A DNA stretch of 37,101 nt, taken from the IMG/VR virus record IMGVR_UViG_3300021256_000038, one strand, 5' to 3'. Numbering within the stretch: the stretch's first letter is position 1; each line of letters starts with the position of its first letter. The position numbers were made by a program, and so were the translations under genes. The notes under the pieces were generated by a model that did not search any database, was not told the DNA's origin, and worked only from the letters and a program-made list of their open reading frames with translations. The DNA is from a virus. Positions 7,925-15,411 of this stretch are shown one piece after another.

Positions 7925-7929
7925 AGATT

Positions 7930-8157
7930 ATGAATAACAATCTTGATTTTCTGGATATTCTATCAATAATATCTTTTGCCATATCGATTGCCAATTACAA
8001 TCAGAATTTACAACAATCTAGCAATGATGATTTAATGAAAGAGATTGACCAAAAGACAACAGAACTACTTTCAAAACTTGAAAGCGATATTTCACGCCAA
8101 AATGCCGATATAAGCGAAATTAGGCATATGCTTACCAATCTACAAGAAAGGAGATAA
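7930..8157 (+). CDS. Hypothetical protein, cassette gene D (N-terminal hydrophobic helix plus coiled coil).
   Basis: 75 aa with FLDILSIISFAISIA followed by heptad-like sequence. No obvious SD is present. The stop lies 3 nt before gene E. Confidence 0.5.
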   Translation: MNNNLDFLDILSIISFAISIANYNQNLQQSSNDDLMKEIDQKTTELLSKLESDISRQNADISEIRHMLTNLQERR

Positions 8158-8160
8158 ACA

Positions 8161-8715
8161 ATGGACACACAGGAAATTTTTAAGCAAATAAGTGAAAGAT
8201 TAATAGAGGGAATGATGATACACGACTCGATGGCATCATATTATGATTTTCTTGGTTTAAAGGGATATAAAAGGGTGCATGAATATCATTTCTTGAAAGA
8301 ATCTATTGCATATAGAAAAGTTAACAGATATTACATCAATATCTATTCAATGCTTATTCCAAAAGATATGCCGAAAGACCCCAATATTATTCCTGCTTCG
8401 TGGAAAGGTGTCAAAAGAGAAAATGTTGATATATCAACAAAAAGAAATGCTGTGAAAACAGCAATCGAGAAATATGTTGCATGGGAATCAGAAACCAAAA
8501 ACCTGTATAGCCAGCTATACAAGGAACTAGAAAACAATCAAGAAATAGATGCGTGTATTAGATTGGAAAAGCTGATAAAAGAAGTGACTATGGAATTAAA
8601 GACAGCATCAAGAAAGCATATAGAACTTAAATCAATAGATTATGATATTATATACATATCACAGGAACAGCAGAGAATCCATGACTGCTACAAAAGTAAG
8701 ATGGAACGCCTATGA
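8161..8715 (+). CDS. Hypothetical all-helical protein, cassette gene E. A ferritin/Dps-like four-helix bundle is only a guess.
   Basis: 184 aa with RBS AAAGGAGA. The segment SMASYYDFLGLKGYKRVHEYHFLKESIAYRKV resembles ferritin-like helices by eye only. Confidence 0.6.
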   Translation: MDTQEIFKQISERLIEGMMIHDSMASYYDFLGLKGYKRVHEYHFLKESIAYRKVNRYYINIYSMLIPKDMPKDPNIIPASWKGVKRENVDISTKRNAVKTAIEKYVAWESETKNLYSQLYKELENNQEIDACIRLEKLIKEVTMELKTASRKHIELKSIDYDIIYISQEQQRIHDCYKSKMERL

Positions 8716-9002
8716 CAAATCTTGAGATTATCAACGATGAAATCGCAAAGCTAGAGAATCAACAAATAAATTATAATATCCTGCAGAATCTAGCCAATTT
8801 GTACACTGTTAGAGACAACTTGACAAATTCAGAGCCTGTTAAGCTTTCTGATACAAACAGCGAATTTCTAAATGCAGTAAACGGTGTAAATTACAACGCT
8901 CTTTTATCACTTCTTGATGAACACATGGAAATAATCAAAATGCTTTTTCCAACTGAATACAACGCTGTGATAACTAAAATATCGGAAATGAAAAAGGGGT
9001 AA
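8712..9002 (+). CDS. Hypothetical protein, cassette gene F.
   Basis: 96 aa. An ATGA start/stop overlap couples it to gene E. Confidence 0.6.
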   Translation: MTNLEIINDEIAKLENQQINYNILQNLANLYTVRDNLTNSEPVKLSDTNSEFLNAVNGVNYNALLSLLDEHMEIIKMLFPTEYNAVITKISEMKKG

Positions 9003-9020
9003 CTTTGTGTTACTCCTTTT
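8991..9020. terminator. Terminator hairpin at the convergence point of the plus cassette and the minus-strand genes.
   Basis: The sequence is aaaaa-ggggtaac-tttgt-gttactcc-tttt. The 8-bp stem is perfect with one G-U in plus-strand RNA and has one A-C mismatch in minus-strand RNA. It spans both convergent stop codons (9000-9002 and 9010-9012). Confidence 0.6.
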
Positions 9021-9204
9021 CAAATAATCTGTCCCAATACAATGCTATAAATGGAATCATCATAAAGACTCCAATAACAAACTGTACAACAATGCCTGTA
9101 ATTGTGTCTTGATTATCTCCAACACATAATAGCATGCCTGTAATTCCAATTATAACAATAATGGCTCTTAATACTCTTTTCAACATTTTCATCATTCCCA
9201 CCAA
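9010..9204 (-). CDS. Small membrane protein (two predicted TM helices).
   Basis: 64 aa with hydrophobic segments AIIVIIGITGMLLCVG and VVQFVIGVFMMIPFIALYW. Confidence 0.55.
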   Translation of the reverse strand: MVGMMKMLKRVLRAIIVIIGITGMLLCVGDNQDTITGIVVQFVIGVFMMIPFIALYWDRLFEKE

Positions 9205-9392
9205 TTATACTGCTTTAGCAGTGCTTTCTTTATTTTTTTAACATCACTGCAACATTCATCTTTTTTGTTGCAGGTTTCATGAATGGGACAAGATAAACAC
9301 TTGCTCGCATTCTTATTATTCAAAAATATGTAATTTGTCAATTTCCATAACAAATCATGCTTATTCATCTGTCTCATTATTCCATCTCCCAT
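9192..9392 (-). CDS. Hypothetical Cys-rich small protein.
   Basis: 66 aa with CLSCPIHETCNKKDECC. It overlaps both neighbours slightly, which suggests translational coupling. Confidence 0.5.
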   Translation of the reverse strand: MGDGIMRQMNKHDLLWKLTNYIFLNNKNASKCLSCPIHETCNKKDECCSDVKKIKKALLKQYNWWE

Positions 9393-9628
9393 CTGCTAAT
9401 GACATTAATTTGATAATCCTTAATGTCGTCTTCATCAATATTTAAATAATCGATTGCTTTTTGAATGATACTATAATCGTCTGTATCATCATATCTATCA
9501 TCACATTCAATGCAACAATATGATGTATAATCATACGTTTCAATTTTTACTTTGTAGTAATGATGATGATTATTTTCTTCATCTATCCTATCTTGATAGA
9601 TTTCATTTGTCTGCCATAATTCCTCCAT
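9377..9628 (-). CDS. Hypothetical, strongly acidic small protein.
   Basis: 83 aa rich in D/E, for example DRYDDTDDYS and NIDEDDIKDY. RBS GGAGGTATAAGGC precedes the ATG. Confidence 0.6.
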   Translation of the reverse strand: MEELWQTNEIYQDRIDEENNHHHYYKVKIETYDYTSYCCIECDDRYDDTDDYSIIQKAIDYLNIDEDDIKDYQINVISRWEME

Positions 9629-9641
9629 GCCTTATACCTCC

Positions 9642-9854
9642 TTAATCCACTGCAACAATCAATAATGAATCATGCAATCTTTTTACGATTTCTACATTTA
9701 GTTCACCAAGCATAGACTCTGAAAATTTATACATCAATGTTGATGCACTCCCTTTAAATTCATTGTCAATCTCATTATCGCCTAATGTGTAATTAACTCT
9801 TAGTGTTACATTTTCATTTGATACGCACACTGCTAATAAATCTTTTACTTTCAT
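9642..9854 (-). CDS. Hypothetical protein.
   Basis: 70 aa with GGAGGAAATAAC before the ATG. It is the first gene after a promoter-like region. Confidence 0.6.
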   Translation of the reverse strand: MKVKDLLAVCVSNENVTLRVNYTLGDNEIDNEFKGSASTLMYKFSESMLGELNVEIVKRLHDSLLIVAVD

Positions 9855-9887
9855 GTTATTTCCTCCTCTATCTCTCTTTCTGTATAT

Positions 9888-9916
9888 ATATTAACATATA
9901 TAATTACATTTGTATA
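9888..9916 (-). promoter_or_regulatory. Putative early promoter (TATACA, 17-nt spacer, TGtTAATAT extended -10).
   Basis: The minus strand reads tatacaaatgtaattatatatgttaatat. It shares the TATATATGnTAATAT element with four other intergenic sites. Confidence 0.45.
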
Positions 9917-9935
9917 TACTTTTTTCAAAGAAATT

Positions 9936-9957
9936 AAAAAAGCATGGAATACCACAC
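9936..9957 (-). terminator. Weak intrinsic terminator after the 140-aa gene.
   Basis: Minus-strand RNA reads GUGUGG-UAUU-CCAUGC followed by UUUUUU. The 6-bp stem includes two G-U pairs. Confidence 0.4.
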
Positions 9958-9964
9958 CTTTAAA

Positions 9965-10387
9965 TTATCTAACATTTTCTAAGACTAGTTCTTTCACTGC
10001 TTCATCTACTAATTTTTGCATATCTTCTTTGTTAAATTTAACTGTGCCGATGCACGCAACTGGTTTCACAGACGGCATATTGTCTACCACATCAAAAGCC
10101 TTTGAATAAGTGTTGTAGCCTATAAAACCACCTGCATCTTGTATTTGCTCTATCATATTCAATACATCATTTCTATTTACTGCATCTTCACAATAAGGTT
10201 CTTTCTCTTTTAATTTCTTTAGCTCTTTTAACCACTCGGCAATTTGCTTGTGCATTTCTGCACATTTGCCATTTTCATAAGCTACATTTCTTGCATAGGG
10301 ATCATCTAGGTCACGCATATTTGATTGAGATTTACAAGCATCTGCTATTATTTCTTCATGCTTTATTGCTTCGTCAATGTTCATCAT
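9965..10387 (-). CDS. Hypothetical protein.
   Basis: 140-aa ORF on the coding strand of the operon. I recognise no motif. Confidence 0.6.
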   Translation of the reverse strand: MMNIDEAIKHEEIIADACKSQSNMRDLDDPYARNVAYENGKCAEMHKQIAEWLKELKKLKEKEPYCEDAVNRNDVLNMIEQIQDAGGFIGYNTYSKAFDVVDNMPSVKPVACIGTVKFNKEDMQKLVDEAVKELVLENVR

Positions 10388-10398
10388 TTCTCATTTCT

Positions 10399-10680
10399 CT
10401 ACTTTCTATCTTCTTCATTGTATGGCTCTGAAAATAAATCCTTTATATCGAATTTTTTAACAGCATAAACAATAGTTGGGTCTTCGATATATGGTGAATA
10501 TACAATATTTGCTCCTTTTGGTAATACTTGCATTAACCTGTACTTAGTATCTTTTGAACCAACAATGAAATCATATTTTTGAATAATTTTTGCAAATTCT
10601 TTTTCTATGTATTCTTCATGTTCACGGATAATTCTATCAATAGAATCATATATTTCTTCAATAGAAAACGCTTGTTTCAT
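10399..10680 (-). CDS. Hypothetical protein.
   Basis: 93-aa ORF, tightly packed against its neighbours. Confidence 0.6.
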   Translation of the reverse strand: MKQAFSIEEIYDSIDRIIREHEEYIEKEFAKIIQKYDFIVGSKDTKYRLMQVLPKGANIVYSPYIEDPTIVYAVKKFDIKDLFSEPYNEEDRK

Positions 10681-10682
10681 AA

Positions 10683-11000
10683 TTATTCCTCACTTTCTTC
10701 ATCATCAGTCGATGCACCTATATCTTTCATGAATCTTTTTTTGCAACGATTAATCTTATACTGTTCCATGCCGTTCAATTCAAGTTCATTGTAATTGAAT
10801 AGTGTACGTATCTGTGCAATCATAATCGATACGTCAACCATTTCTTCTAATAGGTTAACTCTTGCTGTATGACTATCTGGGTATCTTAGAATCTTGTTAC
10901 TTGCTTGGACGAGTTCGCCACACTCCTCCATCAATAATCTTACCCTATCATTGGTACCATAATGAGTAACCATTTTCTTAATCCATTCTTGTTCCATCAT
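10683..11000 (-). CDS. mazG: MazG-like nucleotide pyrophosphohydrolase (small phage type).
   Basis: 105 aa with LLMEECGELVQA and LLEEMVDVSIMI, which are the paired EExxE and ExxD helices typical of all-alpha NTP pyrophosphatases. Confidence 0.65.
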   Translation of the reverse strand: MMEQEWIKKMVTHYGTNDRVRLLMEECGELVQASNKILRYPDSHTARVNLLEEMVDVSIMIAQIRTLFNYNELELNGMEQYKINRCKKRFMKDIGASTDDEESEE

Positions 11001-11021
11001 TTCTTATTCCTCGCTTTCTTC

Positions 11022-11153
11022 CTATTCAATGCTCTTAATCATCAACAAATGTAACTGTTCTTCTTCCAACTCATATCCACCAACGGACAATCCATAATCA
11101 TTTGCTAAATCATTCAATTTGTTTAAGAACTCTGCTAGTCTATCCTCTATCAT
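11022..11153 (-). CDS. Small hypothetical protein (43 aa), below the track threshold.
   Basis: Hand translation gives MIEDRLAEFLNKLNDLANDYGLSVGGYELEEEQLHLLMIKSIE. A TAATG start/stop overlap couples it to the upstream gene. The length of 132 nt is in frame. Confidence 0.5.
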   Translation of the reverse strand: MIEDRLAEFLNKLNDLANDYGLSVGGYELEEEQLHLLMIKSIE

Positions 11154-11335
11154 TATTTATCCTCACTTTCATCTGTGAGTAATACACATGGTATTTCATG
11201 TCCAAAGAACCAATACGAATTTTGTCTTACGCTAAAAATATTCCCAACGGTTCCGAGGATTTCTGTCTTTTTGGTCATTACTTCAATATCATCATCAAAA
11301 TCTTTTAAAGCTTCTCGTAATTCTCTTACTGTCAT
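11153..11335 (-). CDS. Hypothetical protein.
   Basis: 60 aa with GAGAGG upstream of the ATG. Confidence 0.55.
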   Translation of the reverse strand: MTVRELREALKDFDDDIEVMTKKTEILGTVGNIFSVRQNSYWFFGHEIPCVLLTDESEDK

Positions 11336-11594
11336 ATTTTTTTACCTCTCTCTTATATGGTGCATTCCACCAATCTTTGTTAAAACTCATATTGTCACCC
11401 CACCATAATGTACTTGTAATACTTGTTAATAATTCATTTGGAAACATAGCCTTAATCATATCTCCATTGGTTGGATTGCCTGTTATCTCCACACAAAACC
11501 CTTTGATATTTCCCCTTGGTTGAATTGGTAAATCTTCACCTTTTAATAATTTGGTCAAATCTGATTTATCAATTATATATTTTTCTATTGCCAT
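11295..11594 (-). CDS. Hypothetical protein.
   Basis: 99-aa ORF with RBS GAGGGATAAGGA upstream. Confidence 0.55.
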   Translation of the reverse strand: MAIEKYIIDKSDLTKLLKGEDLPIQPRGNIKGFCVEITGNPTNGDMIKAMFPNELLTSITSTLWWGDNMSFNKDWWNAPYKREVKKYDSKRITRSFKRF

Positions 11595-11597
11595 TCC

Positions 11598-11777
11598 TTA
11601 TCCCTCGACTTTCATCTTATACTTATCAATGATTTCTAATGCTTCAAAAAAAGCATCATTTCTATTTTTTTCTCTATCTGTAAGATTGAACCATGATATT
11701 GTCACTATTTTTCTTTCTATTTCCTTTCTTACATCATCAAGTACATAACACACATTTATTGCTTCTTCCTTTGTCAT
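11598..11777 (-). CDS. Small hypothetical protein (59 aa), below the track threshold.
   Basis: Hand translation gives MTKEEAINVCYVLDDVRKEIERKIVTISWFNLTDREKNRNDAFFEALEIIDKYKMKVEG. GGAGGGATAAAAA precedes the ATG. Confidence 0.55.
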   Translation of the reverse strand: MTKEEAINVCYVLDDVRKEIERKIVTISWFNLTDREKNRNDAFFEALEIIDKYKMKVEG

Positions 11778-11791
11778 TTTTTATCCCTCCT

Positions 11792-12172
11792 CTAATACTC
11801 TGAATTGTAGAACACTCTAGGAAATCTCATTTCCTGTGGTTCATACATCTCTGTCTCTGCGTTGTAGTGCATCAATGTTAAATCGATTCCATCACAGGCA
11901 CACGCTGAAATCAATTCAGCCAATACACAACTTAAGCCTGTGACATACACAATAAGACGCTTATTTGATTTATATTCAAATGTATCTCCATATGAAGTGC
12001 AACCATCGAAAACAGGATTGCATTCCACTTCTATATTTTCCCTTATAAATCTTTTGATATGATTTCTGATTCCTTTGTAATCGAATATATCTCTTACGCC
12101 AGAATCAAAAATGTATTTATCACAGGGCATGTCATGTCTGCCCCTAATCAACCCTACAACTAAATTTTCCAT
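11792..12172 (-). CDS. Hypothetical protein.
   Basis: 126 aa with GGAGGAAAATAAGTT before the ATG. I recognise no family. Confidence 0.6.
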   Translation of the reverse strand: MENLVVGLIRGRHDMPCDKYIFDSGVRDIFDYKGIRNHIKRFIRENIEVECNPVFDGCTSYGDTFEYKSNKRLIVYVTGLSCVLAELISACACDGIDLTLMHYNAETEMYEPQEMRFPRVFYNSEY

Positions 12173-12186
12173 AACTTATTTTCCTC

Positions 12187-12363
12187 CTATGCTAATAATT
12201 CTTTCATTCGTGTTACAAATTCGTTAGAATCAATTTCATTTTTGTAATGTGCTTCCAACAAATCAAGCAATTCCCATTTGGTTCCTTTGCCTTGTCTATA
12301 TGCAAACTCATATGCTTGAATAAATCCACGCATTTCATGGTAATGCTCTTTAAAATCAATCAT
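12187..12363 (-). CDS. Possible small protein (58 aa) preceded by a 17-codon leader ORF (12370-12423).
   Basis: Hand translation gives MIDFKEHYHEMRGFIQAYEFAYRQGKGTKWELLDLLEAHYKNEIDSNEFVTRMKELLA. It has no SD of its own. The strong SD sits before the short MKKLDKKDYMVIDELKK ORF that ends 6 nt upstream (stop 12370-12372, ATG 12363). Confidence 0.35.
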   Translation of the reverse strand: MIDFKEHYHEMRGFIQAYEFAYRQGKGTKWELLDLLEAHYKNEIDSNEFVTRMKELLA

Positions 12364-12452
12364 TCTGTTTTATTTTTTTAATTCATCAATTACCATATAA
12401 TCTTTTTTATCTAATTTTTTCATTTTTATTATCCTCTCTTCTTTCTATATCT

Positions 12453-12481
12453 ATATTATCATATAATTAAGACTATGTACA
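12453..12481 (-). promoter_or_regulatory. Putative early promoter (TGTACA, 17-nt spacer, TGaTAATAT).
   Basis: The minus strand reads tgtacatagtcttaattatatgataatat. Confidence 0.45.
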
Positions 12482-12489
12482 CACTTTTT

Positions 12490-12741
12490 TTATTTAATTT
12501 TTAAAATATCCTTGATGTTATTCATTGTGATTTCTAATATGCTTTTAGCATCATATTTTCTTTCCAATAATTCATTTTTAATTTTAAAATACATATCATC
12601 GGTAATAATTCCACTTAATGAAGCAAACATTAAGACTTTAATCAATCCTCTATAATAGCTTTTATCTTCATAGCCATCATTGATTTTTAATTCAATTTTA
12701 ATGTAATCATATAATCTCAATCTTAATTCTTTTTTTGTCAT
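12490..12741 (-). CDS. Hypothetical protein.
   Basis: 83 aa. It is the first gene downstream of the promoter at 12773-12801. Confidence 0.6.
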   Translation of the reverse strand: MTKKELRLRLYDYIKIELKINDGYEDKSYYRGLIKVLMFASLSGIITDDMYFKIKNELLERKYDAKSILEITMNNIKDILKIK

Positions 12742-12772
12742 TGTTTTTTCCTCTCTTTCTCTATCTACTTAT

Positions 12773-12801
12773 ATATTATCATATATAATAACTACATTCA
12801 A
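12773..12801 (-). promoter_or_regulatory. Early promoter (TTGAAT, 17-nt spacer, TGaTAATAT extended -10).
   Basis: The minus strand reads ttgaatgtagttattatatatgataatat. It sits between a terminator and the next gene. Confidence 0.6.
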
Positions 12802-12830
12802 CAGTTTTTTTAAAAAATTTAAATAAAATT

Positions 12831-12859
12831 AAAAAAGATAAGGATTATCCCTTATCTTT
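12831..12859 (-). terminator. Rho-independent terminator.
   Basis: Minus-strand RNA reads AAAGAUAAGG-GAUAAU-CCUUAUCUUU followed by UUUAAUUUUAUUU. The 10-bp stem is perfect. The upstream stop codon lies in the loop. Confidence 0.65.
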
Positions 12860-13018
12860 CATATGTTCATACAATAATTTTTTAAAGAACTGTGTTTTAT
12901 TTTCCTGCTTATTAATAAATTCAATCAATTCTTTATCTTCTTCTTTATCGAGCCTAACAATATACTGCTTTTTCTTCTGCATGTATTTGTAGATGGCTCT
13001 TTCCTGTGATGCTAACAC
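12845..13018 (-). CDS. Small protein (57 aa), possibly a ribbon-helix-helix DNA binder. GTG start.
   Basis: GGAGGG lies 5 nt before the GTG. Hand translation gives LASQERAIYKYMQKKKQYIVRLDKEEDKELIEFINKQENKTQFFKKLLYEHMKDKG. The pattern is a beta strand (YIVRL) followed by two helices. Confidence 0.5.
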   Translation of the reverse strand: MLASQERAIYKYMQKKKQYIVRLDKEEDKELIEFINKQENKTQFFKKLLYEHMKDKG

Positions 13019-13096
13019 CTAATCCCTCCATTCTCTGATAATCAAACCGACAATAACAGCTACTGTTACTGCAATGTAAAATGCTGTTCTCATAAT

Positions 13097-13477
13097 TTAG
13101 AAACCAATATCATCATCGAACTGTGCATCATAGAAATCAGATTGTTCATTAGATGATTCCTTTTTCTTTGTGTCTAAGAACTGCACTTCATTCGCTACAA
13201 CCTCTGTCACATAAACCTTATTTCCTTGGCTATTGGTGTAATTTCTTGTTTGGATTCTGCCACTAACACCAACCAATGAACCTTTGGAGCAATATTGAGC
13301 AGTGTTTTCAGCTGTCTTTCCAAACACCAGAATGTTAATGAAATCTGCGTCCTGTCCATCATTTGACTTGAACATGCGATTTACAGCCAAATTAAAATTA
13401 GCTACTGCTGTACCACTTGTTGTACGTCTCAAATCTAAATCCTTTGTAATTCTTCCTATTAAATTTACTGTGTTCAT
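13097..13477 (-). CDS. ssb: Single-stranded DNA-binding protein.
   Basis: 126 aa. The OB-fold N-terminus is MNTVNLIGRITKDLDLRRTTSGTAVANFNLAVNR, and the acidic tail is DDDIGF. Confidence 0.9.
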   Translation of the reverse strand: MNTVNLIGRITKDLDLRRTTSGTAVANFNLAVNRMFKSNDGQDADFINILVFGKTAENTAQYCSKGSLVGVSGRIQTRNYTNSQGNKVYVTEVVANEVQFLDTKKKESSNEQSDFYDAQFDDDIGF

Positions 13478-13479
13478 AT

Positions 13480-13833
13480 CTATACCTCCACGATTTCCAT
13501 ATTGTACTTATATTCAAACATTTTCTTTTTTAATCTGTAAACGTCTGTTTTCATTCCCTTTACGTCAACAATTACATATTTCCCTTTTTTAACGTCATAA
13601 TATCTAAAATCAGCGATGTAATTAATAGCCCTTACCATTTTACCATTAAACTTGAAATGTGGCTGTAACTCAAATTTAGGCTGTAATTCAAGGTCGCTGA
13701 TAAGACCATCTTTTTGCAGTTGTTTCAGATACAGGAAATACTCTGCTTCTCTTTTGGAATCAAACTTAATTCCACTTACTGTTATCTTCTGATTTTTGTA
13801 TTTCATCTTGTACTTCATTTTCCATAACCTCAT
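13480..13833 (-). CDS. DUF1064-family phage protein (PD-(D/E)xK-like). The true start is possibly Met10 at 13806.
   Basis: KYKNQKITVSGIKFDSKREAEYFLYL...ADFRYYD...VIVDVKG matches the conserved DUF1064 pattern as I recall it. Confidence 0.65.
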   Translation of the reverse strand: MRLWKMKYKMKYKNQKITVSGIKFDSKREAEYFLYLKQLQKDGLISDLELQPKFELQPHFKFNGKMVRAINYIADFRYYDVKKGKYVIVDVKGMKTDVYRLKKKMFEYKYNMEIVEV

Positions 13834-13924
13834 AATTTTTAAACGCTAGTGCCACAACAAGGACAAATCCAACTAAAGGCACTACAATTAACAAAATTAA
13901 ACAGCCTATAAACAATCCAATCAT
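13766..13924 (-). CDS. Possible small membrane protein (52 aa).
   Basis: Hand translation gives MIGLFIGCLILLIVVPLVGFVLVVALAFKNYEV.... An ATGA overlap couples it to the upstream micro-ORF. It overlaps the DUF1064 5' end by 41-68 nt. Confidence 0.4.
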   Translation of the reverse strand: MIGLFIGCLILLIVVPLVGFVLVVALAFKNYEVMENEVQDEIQKSEDNSKWN

Positions 13925-14052
13925 AAATTCACCCCCAAAAGTGCATCGACTACTTTTTTAATAACATCTGATACGGTACACAACGCCAATTTGCCATTTT
14001 TTAGCCGTTTGTAGCACTTTTTCTCATAAGGGCATGATTTACACCTATTCAC
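13921..14052 (-). CDS. Small Cys-containing protein (43 aa). GTG start.
   Basis: A GTGA overlap couples it to the upstream stop, and GAGGGGGG lies 9 nt upstream. Hand translation gives MNRCKSCPYEKKCYKRLKNGKLALCTVSDVIKKVVDALLGVNL. Confidence 0.45.
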   Translation of the reverse strand: MNRCKSCPYEKKCYKRLKNGKLALCTVSDVIKKVVDALLGVNL

Positions 14053-14282
14053 TTTCTTTGACCCCCCTCAATCGAAATTGCACCGCTTCTGATAGTCAAT
14101 GCTCCAAATCTTGCAACGTAACCATCTTTGTTTAGTTCATCAATGAAATCATCAAGCATCTTTTGTAATTTTTTAGCCTTGATTTCTTTTCGTCTTTGGA
14201 GTTCTTCATTAATCTCATTTCTGATAGCAATCAAATATTCCTTTTCATATCTTTGGATATTATCTGTTAAAATCGTTTTCAT
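14049..14282 (-). CDS. Hypothetical coiled-coil protein.
   Basis: 77-aa ORF following the C5-MTase gene after a 3-nt gap. Confidence 0.6.
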   Translation of the reverse strand: MKTILTDNIQRYEKEYLIAIRNEINEELQRRKEIKAKKLQKMLDDFIDELNKDGYVARFGALTIRSGAISIEGGQRK

Positions 14283-14285
14283 ATC

Positions 14286-15170
14286 TTATTCCTCACTTTC
14301 TAATAGGTTATCTATGTTGCAATTATCATTTGGTATATTTTTTAAAATGTGCGCTATCACATCAACAGTCCAGCCATTTCCAATTCCTTTATACTTTGCT
14401 CCCTTTGTCACAGGTGCATTATCACAATATCCATCTGGAAGAGTCTGCAGTTTTTCCCAATCTCTTATAGTCAAATTGCAATATTGCGTATGATCTTCAT
14501 TCAAATAATACGCCATTGGATGTGTGCCATTTGTTGTAAGAGTATGGCTTTTTTTAGAGTTCACATCATGAAGCATATCGATTTTTCTTTTGTCTCCCCA
14601 TTTTTTATACGCCCAATTACCCACAGGTCTAAATGATTCATTATTAAAATCAACAACATCATAAAGCATAATATTTTTATCTTGTGGTAGACTTACATTT
14701 GGTATGTTGGTCCAATACAATCTTTTTCTATTTTGTGCACTAACAAGTGAACTGTTTATATAAATAGGTTCAACGCCAAGTTCTTTAGTTATTGCATTTT
14801 TTATTTCTTGGCTCATAGAATAATTATTTTCATAAAGAAAATATTTTGGTTTACATTCTTTTAACGCTCTCACATACTGGCTGAACAATTCCCACCCCAA
14901 TCCACTTGATGTTGTTTCTCTATTTTTAGGATTTTGGGCAATACTCCAATAAGTGCAAGGACTCCCACCAATTAACAAATCATATTCTCCTTTTCTATAC
15001 TTTGCATCAAATACATCACCTTTATGATTTATGTTTTGATAGTTATGCTTGCTGATTTTTATTGCATTTTCATCAATTTCATAAGAATCATACTTTTCAA
15101 CAGAAAACCCAGCTCTTTCAAGAGCAATCATTCCACAACTTATACCATCAAATAAACTTAATACTTTCAT
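14286..15170 (-). CDS. DNA (cytosine-5)-methyltransferase, orphan.
   Basis: Motif I is LSLFDGISCG, motif IV is GGSPCTYWS, motif VI is ENN, motif VIII is QNRKRLYW and motif X is GNGWTVDV. I prefer ATG 15170 (GGAGG 6 nt upstream) over the track start at 15218. Confidence 0.9.
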   Translation of the reverse strand: MKVLSLFDGISCGMIALERAGFSVEKYDSYEIDENAIKISKHNYQNINHKGDVFDAKYRKGEYDLLIGGSPCTYWSIAQNPKNRETTSSGLGWELFSQYVRALKECKPKYFLYENNYSMSQEIKNAITKELGVEPIYINSSLVSAQNRKRLYWTNIPNVSLPQDKNIMLYDVVDFNNESFRPVGNWAYKKWGDKRKIDMLHDVNSKKSHTLTTNGTHPMAYYLNEDHTQYCNLTIRDWEKLQTLPDGYCDNAPVTKGAKYKGIGNGWTVDVIAHILKNIPNDNCNIDNLLESEE

Positions 15171-15171
15171 T

Positions 15172-15411
15172 TTAATCCTCCTTGTTATCAATCTCTTTTT
15201 TGTTAAATTTATCAACATCTCTATTTATCTTTTTAGCAATTCGATTGATTTTTAATTTCAACAACATAATTTTTAATTTCAACAACATAATCTGTACTAT
15301 ATCAATGAATGAGCAAATCAAACACGCAACAATGATTAACAAAATCACTAACAAACCAACTGCCAATAAAACACCGATAACCGTTCCTAACCCATTTAAT
15401 ACTGTGTTCAT
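15172..15411 (-). CDS. Small membrane protein containing an in-frame 7-aa duplication.
   Basis: 79 aa with TM segment VIGVLLAVGLLVILLIIVACLICSFI and the duplicated IMLLKLK. Confidence 0.55.
   Translation of the reverse strand: MNTVLNGLGTVIGVLLAVGLLVILLIIVACLICSFIDIVQIMLLKLKIMLLKLKINRIAKKINRDVDKFNKKEIDNKED
15250..15291. repeat. Perfect 21-bp tandem duplication (ttttaatttcaacaacataat, two copies).
   Basis: Read directly from the sequence. It is in frame within the 79-aa ORF. Confidence 0.9.

Noticed and set aside
7902-7937. An 11-codon GTG mini-ORF with a good SD between cassette genes C and D.
   Set aside because: The same bases form the 11-bp hairpin and T-run at 7896-7924, so the SD-like GGAGGA is more likely incidental. 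It is kept only as a possible coupling device for gene D, which lacks an SD.
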